Shown here: piece by piece, positions 49,142-61,670 of the stretch
Numbering within the stretch: the first letter of the stretch is position 1
How the letters are laid out: every line of letters begins with the position of its first letter
Notes under the pieces: generated by a model
Database searches by the model: none
What the model saw: the letters and a program-made list of their open reading frames with translations, nothing else
What the model was told of the DNA's origin: nothing
Assembly (NCBI RefSeq): GCF_036321535.1
Contig: NC_087472.1
Coordinates: 97,218,001 to 97,282,000 of the forward strand
From: Camelus dromedarius
Lineage: Eukaryota
DNA length: 64,000 bases
Direction of reading: 5' to 3'
Program-made: the position numbers and the translations under genes

Positions 49142-52100
49142 ACATACATGCATACATACACACACCACATCTTCTTTATCCATTTGTCTGTTGATGAACA
49201 CTTAGGTTGTTTTCATATCTTGGGTATTGTAAATAATGCTATGAACATTGTGGTGCTTGTATCTTTTTGAATTAGTGTTTTCATTTCCTTCAGATATATA
49301 CCCAGGATTTAAATTGCTGGATCATATGGTAGTTCTATTTTTAGTTTTTTGAGGAACCTCCATACTATTTTTCATTGTGGCTGCACTAATTTACATTCCC
49401 ACCAATAGAGAACTAGGGTTCCTTTTCTTCTTCAACCTCACCAACATTTGTTATTTGTGGTCCTTTTAAAGATAGCCCACGCTGACAGATGTGAGGTGAT
49501 ACATCATTGTGATTTTGATTTACATTTTTCTGATCACTAGCAATGTAGAACATCTTTTTATATACCTGTTGGCCATCTGTATGCCTTTGGAAAAATGTCT
49601 GTTCAGGTTTTATACCCATTTTAAAATCAGGTGTTTTATTTTGATATTGAGTTGTATGAGCTGTTTATGTATTTTGAATATTAAGCTCTTATCAGTCATA
49701 TCATTTGCAAATATTTTCTCCCATTCAGTAGGTTGACTTTTCATTTTGTTAAATTTTTTTTCCTGTTCAAAAGCTTTTAAGTTTAATTAGGTCCCATTTG
49801 TTTATTTTTGCTTTTGTTTCATTTGCCTTAGGAGACAGATCCAAAAAAATATTGTAACAATTTATGTCAAAGTGTTCGACCTATTTTTTTCTTCTAGGAG
49901 TTTTATGATTTCCAATCTTACATTTAGGTCTTTAATCAATCAATTTTGAGTTTATTTTTGTATATGGTGTGGGAAATGGTTCTGAATTCATTCTTTTACA
50001 TGTAGCTATCCATTTTTCCCAGCCCTACTTATTAAAGAGACTGTTTTTTCCCCATTGTATATTCTTGCCTCCTTTATCATAAATTAATTCACCATAAGCA
50101 CATGGCTTTATTTCTGGGCTCTCTATTCTGTTCCATTGATCTTTGTGTCTATTTTTGTCCCAGTACCATTTTGTTTTGATTGCTGTAGCTTTGTTGTATG
50201 AAGTCAGAGAGTGTGATATCTCCAGATTTATTCTTTTTCCTAATGATTTCTTTGGCTATTTGGAATCTTTTGTGATTCCATATAGATATTAAAGTTGTTT
50301 GTTCTAGTTCTGTGAAATATGTCATAGGTATTTTGATAGAGATTGCATTAAATCTGTAGATTGCTTTGGGTAGTATGGACACTTTAATGATATTAATTCT
50401 TTCATGCCATGAACATGGGATAGCTCTCCATTTCTTTGTATCATCTTCAATTTCCTTCATCAGTGTTTTATAGTTTTCAGAGTATAGATCTTTCACCTCC
50501 TTGGTTAAGTTTATTCCTAGGTATTTTATTCATTCTGATGTGATTTTTAAATGTGGTTGTTTTCTTGCTTTCTCTTTCTGATAGTTCATTATTAGTGTGT
50601 AGAAAAGCAGCAGATATCTGTATATTATTTTTGATTCTGCAACTTTATTGAATTCATTTATTAGTTATAATTGTTTTTGGATGGAGACTTTAGGGGTTTT
50701 TTTTTTTTTATAGATAATACCATGTCATCTGCAAACAGTGACAGTTTTACTTCTTCCCTTCCAATTTGAATGCATTTTATTTCTTTTTCTTTGTCTGATT
50801 ACTGTGGCTAGGACTTCCAAATATTATGTTAAATAGAAATGGCAAGAGTGAGCATTCTTGTCTTGCTCCTGTATTTAGAGGAAAAGCTTTCAGCTTCTCA
50901 CCACTGAGTATGATTTTAGTTATGGATCACATATAGCCTTAATTATGTTGAGTTATGTTCCCTTTATACCACCTTTGAGAGTTTTTAACTACTAATGGAT
51001 GTTGTATTCTGTCCAGTGCTTTTTCCTCCATCTATTGAGATAATCGTTTGATTTTTTCCTTCCTTTTTTTAACGTGAGGTATCACATTGATTGATTTGTG
51101 GATATTGAAGCATCCTTGTGTTCCTGGAACAAATCCCACTTCATCATGGTGTATGATCCTTTTTATATATCTACGAATTCAGTTTGCTAATATTTTGTTG
51201 AGGAGTTTTGCACCTATATTCATCAAAGATATTGCCCTGTAACTTTCTTTTTTTTGGTAGTGTCTTAGTCTGGTTTTGATGTCAGCGTAATGGTGGCTTC
51301 ATAGAACGAATTCATGAATGTTCCCTTCTCTTCAATTTTTTTTTCGAATAGTTTGAGAAGGATAGGTATTAGCTCTTCTTCATATGTTTGGTAGAATTCT
51401 CCTGTGAAGCCATTTTATCCTGAGCTTTGGTTTCTGGGAATTTTTTTATTACTAATTCAGTTTCACTAGTAGTGATCCATCTTTTTAAATTGTCTATTTC
51501 TTCCTGATTCAGTCTTGGAAGATTGTTTTTTAGAAATGTATCTGTTTTCTTCTAGGTTGTCCAATTTGTTGACATATAACTGTTTGTAGTATAGGCTTAT
51601 ACATTTTTGACTGTCTGTGATATTGGTTGTAATTTCTCCTCTTTCACTTCTTATTTTGTTTATTTGGGGGCCTCTCTCTTTTCTTCTTGGTGAGCTTGGT
51701 TAATGATTTATCAATTTTGTTTATCTTTTCAAAAAACTAGCTCTTGATTTCATTGATTTTTTCTTATTTTTAAAAATTTCTGTTTTATTTATTTCCTCTC
51801 TGATCTTTATTATTTCCTTCCTTCTGCTAACTTTGGGGTTTGTTCTTTTTCTAATTCCTTTAGTTGATAGGTTATGTTGTTTATTTCAGATTTTTCTTGT
51901 GTTTGAGCTATACCTCTTTTGCTGTAAGCTTTCTTCTTGGAACTGCTTTTGCTGCATCCCATAGATTTTGGAAAGTTGTGTTTGCGTTTTCATTTGTCTC
52001 AAGGTATTTTCTGATTCCCTTTTCGATTTCTTCATCGACTTCATCGACTGATTTTTTAAAAGCATCTTGTTTAGTCTCCATGTGTTTGTGTTTTTCCCAT

Positions 52101-55100
52101 TTTTCTTACTATTAATTGATTTCTAGTTTCATACCATTGTAGTCAGAAAAAAAATGCTTGGTATAATTTCTGTCCTCTTAAATTTGTTGAGACTTGGTTT
52201 GTAGCCTAGAATTTTATCTATCCTGGAGAACATTCCATGTGCACTTGAAAAGAATGTATATTCTGCTATTTTTGGATGTTATGTCCTTTAGATATCTGTT
52301 AAGTACTAGTGGTCTAATGTCATTTAAGACTACTATTTCCCTAATGTATCTGTCTGGATGATGTGTCTATTGATGTAAGTGGACTGTTAAAGTTTCCTAC
52401 TATTATTATATTAATTGCCAATTTCTCCCTTTATGTCTCTCAGTATTTACTTTATATATTTAGATGCTCCTATGTTAGGTGCATGTATGTTAATGAATGT
52501 CATATCCTCTTCTTGTATTGATCCCTTTATCATTATGTAATTCCCTTTTTTGTCTTCTGTTATAGACTTTAAAACATATTCTATTTTTCCTGATATGAGT
52601 ATTGCTACCCCAGAATTCTCATTGTTTCCATTTGCATGAAATATAATTTTGCATGCCCTCACTTTGTCTGTGTGTGTCTTTAGCTCTGAAGCAAATCTCT
52701 CATAAGCAACATATTGATAGGTCTTGCTTTGCTACCCAGTTAGCCACCTTATATCTTTTGATTGAAGCATTTAGTTCATTGACATTTAAAGTGATTATTG
52801 ATAGGTATGTATTAACTGCCATTTATTACTTGTTTTCTGGTTGTTTTTGTAGTTCTTTTCTGTCCTTCTCTTATTTTACTTTCTTCCCTTGGCGTTTGAT
52901 GATTTTCTTTAGTGGTATATTTGTGTGCCTTTCTCTCTAGTATTTGTGTATCTATTGTAGGTTTTTTATTTGTGATTACCACAGTTTCATATATGTTTAA
53001 TCTATAACTGTATCTACTTGTTTTAAACTGGTGGTTCAAACACATTCTAAAAGATAAGCATTTTTTACCCCCTCTGCCAACTTTTGTGTTTTTAATGTCA
53101 TATTTTAATCTTCCTGTTTATCACTTAACTGTTTGTTATAGTCATAGTTCATTCTACATTTTTTGTCTTTTAATCTTGTGTTAGCTTATTTAAGTGGTTG
53201 ATCCACAGCCTTTGCTGTTTATTTGCTTTTACTAGTGAATTATTTTCCCTTTCCTATAGATTCTTACTTCCTGTTAAAGCCTTTTCTTTACCACTTAGAG
53301 AAGACCCTTTAACATTTCTTTTAAGGTTGGTTTAGTATTGATGAACTCTTTTAGTTGTGCTCGTCTGAGAAGTTCTTTGTCTTTTCTTCAATTCTGAGTG
53401 ATAATCTTGCTGAATAGAGAATCCTAGGTTGCAGATTTTTTCCCTTTAAGCACTTTAAATACATCATGCCACTCCTTTCTTCTTGCAAAGTATCTGCAAA
53501 AAAATCAGCTGATAGCCTTATGGGGTTTCCTTTGTATGTGATGCTTTGTTTTTCTCTGGCTGCCTTTAGAAATCTGTATTTAACTTTTGCCCTTTTAATT
53601 GTGATGTGTCTTGGTGTGGGTCTCTTTGAGCTCATCTTGTTTAGAACTCTCTCTGCTTCCTATGCCTGGAATCTTTTTCCTTCTTCAGGTTTAAGAAGTG
53701 TTCAGCCACTATTTCATGAAATATATTTTTGATCCCTTTCTCTCTCTTTTCTCCTTCTTAGACCCCTATAATGCAAATGTTGGTATGCTTGATGGTGTTC
53801 TAGAGGTCCCTTAAACTGTTTTCATTTAAAAACATTTTTCTTTTTGCTCTTCTGATTGTATGATTTTCACTATTCTATCTTTCAGATCACTTATGCATTC
53901 TTTGGTATCACCTAATCTGCTGTTCATTTCTTCTGGTGTGTTTTTCATTTCAGTTACTGTATTCTTCGGCTCTGACTGGTTCTTTTTCTACTTCCTTGTT
54001 AAAATCCTCAGTGTTCATGTATTCTTTTCCCTAGTTCCATTAGCATTCTTATTACTAACTTATTACTTTGAACTCTCTATATGCCAAATCACTTACCTCT
54101 CTTTCATTAGTTTTTTTTCCAGATTTTTCTTTTTCTTTTGTTTGAAATAACTTCCTCTGTCGTCTCATTTTGCTTAACTTTCTCCCTATGAAATTAGGTG
54201 AAACTGTTACCTATCCTGGTCTTGAAGAGGTGTCCTTGTGTGGGTGCATCCCTATACAGTCTGTGTGTGACCAGATGCTTTGGTGGGAAAGCTGGATATG
54301 AACTGAGCATGAGTCATGTCTTCCTCCAGGGTGTGCTGGCAGTTGTCCCCTTGGTGGGGGGTGGGGCTGGAGATGAAGTGGATAGAGCCAAAACCTATTG
54401 TGAGCATATGCTTCTTCTATGCTTAGTGACTGAAATTGCCTTATTAGGGACTAGGTTGGGTCCCAAGTTGCTGGAGAAGAAGCCCTGAAGGTTGGGCTTC
54501 CCTCTAAATGTGTATTCTTCCCTCTCCCAGCATCAACACATTTGCCCCAGAGGGGAGCAGCGTGGGAGCAAGAGAGCCTGAAGCAGGAACCCTGTGTGGA
54601 CCAGGGAACAGGTGTGTTGGTCCTGGCACTAGTCAGAGCTCCAAACAGATCCCATTCCTCTGTCTCTGCAAGCATCAGCAATGGCTGCCCACTGCCCATT
54701 CAGATGCAGTGCTATGTTGGAACTGGCTCTGTCCTGCACAACTGTACACTCTCCTCAGCAATGTCAGACCTCGCCCTAGTGGAAAGCTGTGCCAGAGCAA
54801 GAGGGGCTGGAGAAGGTATTAAACAAGGCCAGGGGTGCCTGCTGCAGTAGTTGCAGGAAAATTGGCCACAGTCCTAGGCACTTTCAGTCTGCTACTTCCA
54901 CCTTGTTTTGAGAGCAGGCAAGTGTGTGCATGCTCTTCTCACATACCCCTCTGCTAGCCCCAGTGGTCTTCAACCCAGCCAACAGGATTCATCTTCCCAG
55001 TGCTGGGCCCCAGGACTGAGGTGCTCAACATGTGATTTTAACTGCTCACTCCCCAGGGAGGATCTCCAAGCCGATGATATCCCCCTCCTCTTTTTCATCC

Positions 55101-55308
55101 CCTCTCAAGGGCACAAGTCCTGACCTGATCACTTCTGTTCCTTTACTGCCTGGCTGCATCTTTCCTTACAGTCTTGGTTGTACAAGAGTATTTTTTGCCA
55201 GTTTCTAGTTTGTGTTCGGTGAGACTTGCTCCACATATAGATGAATTTTTGGTGTGTTTGCAGGGGGAGATGAGCTCACCCTCCTGCTCTACCCTCTTGA
55301 GCTCCTCT
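48694..55308 (-). mobile_element. Near full-length LINE-1 (about 6.6 kb; 5' UTR, ORF1, ORF2, 3' UTR), inactivated
   Basis: ORF1p 53351-53635 (RPTPRHITIK...LKAAREKQSITYKGNPIRLSADF), endonuclease 52447-52662 (FHANGN..SGVAILIS...IMIKGSIQEED..INIHAPNIGASKYIK), post-RT 50149-50496 ([27 protein letters not shown]); GC-richer 5' UTR ~54200-55308; TSD cagaatccttcattttg (48677-48693) / cagaatccttcatcttg (55309-55325). Confidence 0.95.
49097..49138. repeat. (TG)21 microsatellite within L1 3' UTR
   Basis: Perfect TG run followed by an imperfect CA tract tacacatacatgcatacatacacacac. Confidence 0.97.
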
Positions 55309-55325
55309 CAGAATCCTTCATCTTG

Positions 55326-56210
55326 ATATAATATTTACAAGCATTTTACCTTATAGATTGTGCTTTTTGGATTTTGTTTAAATTCTTGCCCATCCCAACA
55401 TTATCAGGCTGTTTTCCTACATTATTTTTTTATTACTTTTTAGTTTACTTTTCAAATTTAGGTCTTTAATCCTCTTAGAGTCCAGCTTTTATAACGTGTT
55501 ACATAGGAATCCAGTTTAATTTTCTTTAGAATTTTTTTCCAACACTGCATACTAGCTGGTTCATCCTTTGTTCTTTGATTTGAACATGGTGCCATCTTTA
55601 TTGTATATTAGGGACTTGAGTCTCTAATGACTCTCTTCTGTTCCACTTCTCTGTTTGTTTGTTCTTGCACCAAAGACATTCTGTGATTTTTATTGTGACT
55701 TTTCATCTGTCTTAGTACCTGTTAGAGCAGTTCCTTACTCTTTGGTCATCTTTTTCAAAGTTAACTTAGCTGTTTATAGATTTTGAGCCTTCTATGCATG
55801 TTTATCAAGAGGTTTATCAAGTTCATCAAAATAAATCCAGGTGAAATTTTGATTAGAGTTGATTTGAACATGGATCAATTTGGGGAAAAGGGACATCTTT
55901 ATTATATTAAATCATTCCTTCAAGGACATGATATGCTCTTGATTTACTTAGATTTTCTTTTATATCCTTTCATTGAATTAAAATTTTTTTCTGTAGCAGT
56001 CCTGTGTATTTTTGTGATGCTAATTCTTAGAAATTTTATAGAATTTGGTGCTTTTGTTAATGACCTTGTTTTCTAAAATTCTGTTGATACCATATTCATT
56101 CCCCTTGCTGAACTCTCTTATTAGTTCTGAGTTTGTCCATGAATTATTTAATTTTTTAATGAAGTGGATCATATTACCAGCAAATAATGGCAGTTTTAAC
56201 TATTCCCTTA
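55326..56210 (-). mobile_element. Old L1 segment 3 (ORF2 3' region)
   Basis: ttgtgctttttggattttgtttaa...tttaggtctttaatcctcttagag...ctcttctgttccact...ggatcaatttggggaaaagggacatcttt continues the host L1 across the TSD. Confidence 0.75.
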
Positions 56211-56459
56211 ATGAGAAGTTGGGCAAAATTAATTTTACATTTTTAAACTCCATGTATTTGAAATATAGTTCAAGAAGAATGTTCAGTGCTACAGGGCTTA
56301 ATGATACTCAGTCAAGAGGTTTTCTGAATCAAAACTATTACATGAAGAAGGAAATATTTCCCATGTATTTTGAAGACACACATGGTAAAGTTCACTATTC
56401 TGAGGTTTTCTTCAATTATGGACCATGAAAATTTAAAACATACATCGGGACTTCCACAA

Positions 56460-56700
56460 CTGTATTTAATATCAGCAGATGATAATTGAACACTACTATG
56501 TGTTAGAGGCTACAAAAAAGAAAAAACAAGACAAAATTCCCTCTCTAAAGTTGTTTTCCAGAGTAGGGGGGAGGAGTTGGAGAAATAAACAATTAAAAAC
56601 TTACCTGATGTTGTGGAAAACACTATAGGATGTTACCTAAGCACAGAAAAGTGCCAAACTTTCTGGCTATTTGAGGAGGATTTTGAGGGTATATTAATAA
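56460..56700 (-). mobile_element. L2 fragment
   Basis: attgaacactactatgtgttag...aacaagacaaaattccctctctaaag...aaataaacaatta. Confidence 0.5.
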
Positions 56701-57278
56701 AGTGCTCAGGTTTTAGTAATCTTCATTTTTTATCACATTTTCCTTTAGTTTGACCATGAAGGTGATAGGGAATCAGGTAATAAATCTTCTTAATTACTTT
56801 TTTGTTAATTTTCTTGATGACATTTATTAAAATTCTAAACAGCCGTTTTATGACTACAAACACTATTGATTAATAACCTCTCATTAGAGATGGAGAAAAC
56901 TTGGCTAAAGTTCGTCTGAAGTTTTGAAGATTCTGCCAGATAGTTCAGATAGTTAGTTTGCTGATTCTTAACTTTCAGACTGGAGTGGATGCAGAAGTTA
57001 GAAACCAGAAATAGCCAACCAAATGATTGTGTTTCAGTTAGGTGTGTGTGAAAGAGTCCCTTAGTTTGTGTTTTCTCTGCGTTATTATACCAAATATGCT
57101 ATGATGGGAAGATGTTACTCTCAAGAATATGCACACAGAGAAAATGAACTAGATTGGTGGGATCTATCAGTTACATCTAACAATAGAGGTGGAAATCCTA
57201 TACAAATAGGCAGTAAGTAGTTTTGCAAAGGGCATTCTCTGTATGCAAACTATAGAAAAAATTAATAGTTCTGAAGAA

Positions 57279-58070
57279 TAGTTGTTTCTAGAGTGCACAC
57301 CAATGGGTACACTGGATGATCCATTGAGTCTCTCCAACCCTATAAATTTTTAAAGTAAAAAAAGAAAATTTCACGGGTATTAAACATATTCCTCACCTGT
57401 TCTGATTGCTGAATGGTCACATGTTACATCACTTACATGTGAGTTTCCTTTGGGGATGGATGGGCATTCCACTGCCTGGAGAACTTGGCTGTGACCTCTT
57501 TACTTCTTCCTTCCCACAGAGTACTATTAGGTGTTATGCTTATGTGCCTTAAATTTTAGTAATGATAAAATCCCTGTATGTCACATATAAAAAATTCTCA
57601 TCAACATACTTCATATCAACCTGGAAACATCTTTACAAATCTTTCAGATGCTTTCAATGAATTTTTATTCATTTATTCAGTCAGTCAACAAATGTTTATT
57701 TACCTTCCAATTAGTTGGCAGTAACAACTCATTTACACTGAGGAAGATATAAATATATAAGCCAAAAATTTAATGAAATTCTTTGCATAATTGAAGGATG
57801 AGATTTAAAAATAGTAATCATGCTTTAATAAGCACAGTCAATAATACAATTCTTCCATTTGAAGCTATATATCTTTTTGAGATGAATTTTCCACTTTGAC
57901 AGCCATTAAAACCAAATATCTGAAACAACTGACTCAAAACTGGATCACAAAATGTTAAACCAAGATTTTTAAAAGTATTGCTCTCACTAAAATATAATGG
58001 TAGTTATAATTTTAGTGAAAAAATAAATAAAGAAAGTATCAAAAATACAATATAAAACTTATCTTAAAAT
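57279..58070 (+). mobile_element. Charlie-family hAT transposon remnant with transposase C-terminus
   Basis: 57849-57921 reads ILPFEAIYLFEM/(frameshift)FSTLTAIKTKYL, matching the hAT dimerisation-domain motif LLPFxSTYLCExxFSxLxxIKTKYR. Confidence 0.7.
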
Positions 58071-58199
58071 ATTTACCACATTTATCATAATTATGATATT
58101 GCATAAATTTTCAAATGTTTATATGCTATTATACACATATAATTTAGAAAGAAATACATACATATGTATTTGGAGTGCATGCTATTTTTTTTTTTTTTT

Positions 58200-58548
58200 A
58201 TTTTATAAGACTAAGCTCCATGAAGAAAGGGATTTTTTTCTGTTTTGTTCATTGACATATCTCAAGAGTCAAGACTTGGCAGATTACTCCCACAGGTCAA
58301 ATCCAGCCTGCCTACTGTTTCTGTTAATATTTTATTGGGGCACAGCCACACTTACTCATTTTTGTATTGTCTGGCTGCTTTCACATTATAATGGGGGAGT
58401 TGAGTAGGTGTGAAAGGGACTGTATGACCTGAAAAGTTGCTCATTTACCATATGGCCCATGATAGAGAAAAATTGCTCATTCCTAGTGTAGAAGAGTGCC
58501 TAGCATATAGTAGGTGCTGAATAAACACCTGTTCAATGAGTAAATATA
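58200..58548 (+). mobile_element. L2 3' end interrupted by MER58A
   Basis: gactaagctccatgaagaaagggat..tctgttttgttcattg..atatctc [MER58A] tagaagagtgcctagcatatagtaggtgctgaataaacac. Confidence 0.8.
58270..58485. mobile_element. MER58A hAT-Charlie element
   Basis: ttggcagattactcccacaggtcaaatccagcctg...ttttattggggcacagccacact...tggctgctttcacatta...gagttgagtag. Confidence 0.85.
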
Positions 58549-60970
58549 TTTTATGCATGATCACAAAAGATTGGAGACTATAGTTTAAGAACTTAGATTC
58601 AGTGGCTTCTACAATTTAGGGCCAGCTTGTGAGATTTTTATGCCTATTGGTTGTATTTGAATTTAATGTAAAAGTGAAGAGGCAAGGTCTAAATCTAATG
58701 CTTCTGCCCATTTGATGGTCACCTTAGAAGAACAGTTCTGAATTTCCTATATTTCGAAGGAGGTAGCAAAGAGCTTGGGTTCTACTTCCCTGAGGTATAA
58801 CTTTTCTTTGAAGAAGTAGGGAATGGTGGGAAAGTGACTTATTCAAACTTCTCTAGAGGCAAATGTGATGGTCAACTATTTAAAAATTGTGAAGATTGGG
58901 CACTGACTGATTTAAATAGAAATCTATATGAATGATCCTGTATCATTACCACCTTCACTAGTTTATACCACGACGTTTACCACTCTTATAGGAGTGTTGT
59001 GCAGCATGTTACAAGTGCTAGGGTCTTGGTGAGCTCCAGTGAGCAGTGTAGAAGCTTGAATTTGAGAGAGCAAGAGCTTATGGGGCAAGAGGGAAGAGCT
59101 TTCATTCAGTCCTGTCTTTCACTCAGTGGAAACATCCAGACCACATGTATAGAAAATGGCTCTACAGGCCTGGCTTGAGTTTCTGTCGTGATGAAGAACT
59201 CATTAATTCACAAGAAAGCCCACTCTACCATTGGCAGCTCTGGTTGGTAGGATTTTTCTCCCTTGGATTGAGCCAAAGTTGTAATTATAATTTTATTTTC
59301 TTTGTTTAAAATTCCAAACTAGTGGCATATGATAGGTGGTTATTTTTCTTTTTTTTTTTTTTATCTTGAGGTAGTTGTAGCTTTATCTGTTCTGATTTTT
59401 TTTTTGAGAGAGACTTTTAAAAAGAAATAGCATTGTTACTATCATTATATTCCAAATTACAGTATAAAAATACCAATTTAAATGTACCAAATTGTAGGAT
59501 GTTCATGTCAGTAGTCAGAAATTGGAGCCACTGTGATAAAAGCAAAATGTGTAATCCCACCTCTTCCATTTTTCAAAAGAATTAAAGTTTTCTTATGTAC
59601 TTTAGGTATCTGCTCTTGATATTTTGCAGAATGCATGATATTTTAGCTGCACGATTGGGATATATAATGTGAGTGGAAATTAGATTCAAAGACTTATTTT
59701 TGTCCCAGTTTTTAATGTCCCAAAAACGAAGATGAAAATCATTAACATACTTAACCTCTGTTAAACTTGAACAGAGAGGCCCAGGTATTGGACGGTGCAT
59801 ATTAGTGTAATTTGACCATAAACCTACTGGCCAAAGAGCAGAGAGGCTTGAGACCTACTCCAGGAGAGCAGTTCAATCATTTACCCTCTTTGTAGGTTAG
59901 CTTTGAAAAACACCACGTCTGGTCTGTTTTTACTTTCTCACATATATTACCTTTATTTTTTGATTTATTGTTTAACTTTTATTTTCTGAACATTGTTCAA
60001 CAAGCATAATATATTTGCACAATAAAAAAATGCTCTTTTCATTTAAGACAACAGGGACTTAGAGAACCTTGACAACCTTAGCAACCCTGAGACAAAATGG
60101 ACAAAATACCCAAGGAAGTACAGATACAAAAGGATGCGTCAATGTTACAAAATAAAAATAGCCCCTTCTATTACCCAGATCTTATTCATAAGAGCATAGC
60201 AATGAATAAATAGATGGGAAAATATTGAATTGTTGTTTCAAAGCTATCTGTTAAGATGAAAAATGTTTATGGGTGAAGTGAGGATGGAGGGAACCTATTT
60301 AAACTAGAAACTTTTTTTTTTATTCATTAAAAGTGCAGAGAAAACATGTTTTCATACACTTGGGTGATTGTCAGCTATAGTCAGTACCTTTGAGTTTTGC
60401 ATGTTTGATTTTGTATGCTCATGTTTCTCATTTTAAAATATTAAATCAAATTTATTTAGATGCAGAAATGACCAATGAACTTCTGAAGTTGTCAAACCCT
60501 CGTTGCCAACTAGGTCTACTAACCTTGAACCTAACCAGACAGGTGTCACCATCCTATTTAAAGATTATTTTAGGGTATGCTGGCTACTATTTTATTTTTT
60601 TTCTAACAGCTCTCCACATCATTGGAAGTGCTTATTCAGCCAGCCTTTCTTTATAGTTTTTAAGATAAATTTTTAAAAATTTATCTTTCTGCATGCTTTT
60701 ATAGAGTATGCGTGTCCCAGTAGCACCTTTGGGTTGGGGGGAGGGGAAGAAGTGAGCTGAGACTGAAGTTCGGCGGGAACTCCACATAATAAATCTAGAA
60801 CTGATTTCTAGAGTGCTGGAGTACCAGTCACTAGATCCAAGGGATTGCAGTGAATGCTTGTTTGACCAGAACTAGCACTGATACTTGAGAGGTAGGGTTA
60901 AAGGAAATGGAGCAGAACATTAATTCAGGAAACTCTTGCTTTTAAGAGGGCATCTAAGTTGCTTATTGGT

Positions 60971-60990
60971 TTGTTGTTGTTGTTGTTGTT
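60971..60990. repeat. Short (TTG)n tract
   Basis: ttgttgttgttgttgttgtt. Confidence 0.85.
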
Positions 60991-61357
60991 TTTTGCAAAA
61001 GTGTGACTCACAGGATACTAAATCCAAGGGAGAGAAAAAAAAAGGTGACTTTAGGTAGACTCTAGACAGGGTATGAAATAGTACTGAATTACACGGTGAG
61101 AGACAGTCTCTACCATTTTCTTTCAATCCATCTAATTACCTCAAGGGGACAGTCTCTGTTTGATGCTAGGGAGTCTTTACAGCTTGTCTTGTACTTGCTA
61201 GCTTCCATATTTAGAAAGAGAAAGCAGGCTTCAAGTTAGGAGCCTTCAACAGGCCAAAGAATCTAGCTAGCATTTAATCTCATTGTTTCTTTCACTGTAA
61301 CTGTTTTTAAGGTTAGTTTCTGTGTATCACAAATGCTGCTGGATTTCCATTTGTTTC

Positions 61358-61670
61358 TTTAATTTTTATTTTTATTTAAATATAACATGCATACATATAA
61401 ATGATAAATATGCATGTTTCTCAAAGGGAGCACACTTTTTTAACCAGCAACCAGATCTAGAAATGGAATATTACCTGGATTCCAGACATCCTCTTCTCCA
61501 GCACTACTTCCCTCCATCCAAAGTTACCACCATCCTAAGTTCTAACAGTATGTTTCATTTTGCCTATTTTTGAAATTTGTATAAGATAGAATCATACAGT
61601 ATGTGCTATTTTGTCTGGCTTATTTTGTTCAATGTGATGTTTATAAAATTCATTCATACTGTTGCATGTC
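61358..61670 (-). mobile_element. L1ME-type 3' end fragment
   Basis: aaccagcaaccagatctagaaatggaatattacc...aagttaccaccatcctaagttctaaca...tagaatcatacagtatgtgctattttgtctggctt...ttcattcatactgttgcatgt. Confidence 0.8.

Noticed and set aside
38002..53635. ORFs with RT, endonuclease and ORF1p motifs as possible host or domesticated genes
   Set aside because: Short frameshifted pieces collinear with ordinary decayed L1 copies; no intact long ORF.
54198..55123. Cluster of overlapping ~70-105 aa ORFs
   Set aside because: Due to the higher GC content of the L1 5' UTR; no recognisable protein.
57849..57921. hAT transposase motif as a possible domesticated ZBED/Buster-like exon
   Set aside because: Frameshifted, the conserved Cys is replaced by Phe, and the flanks are stop-rich; a fossil.
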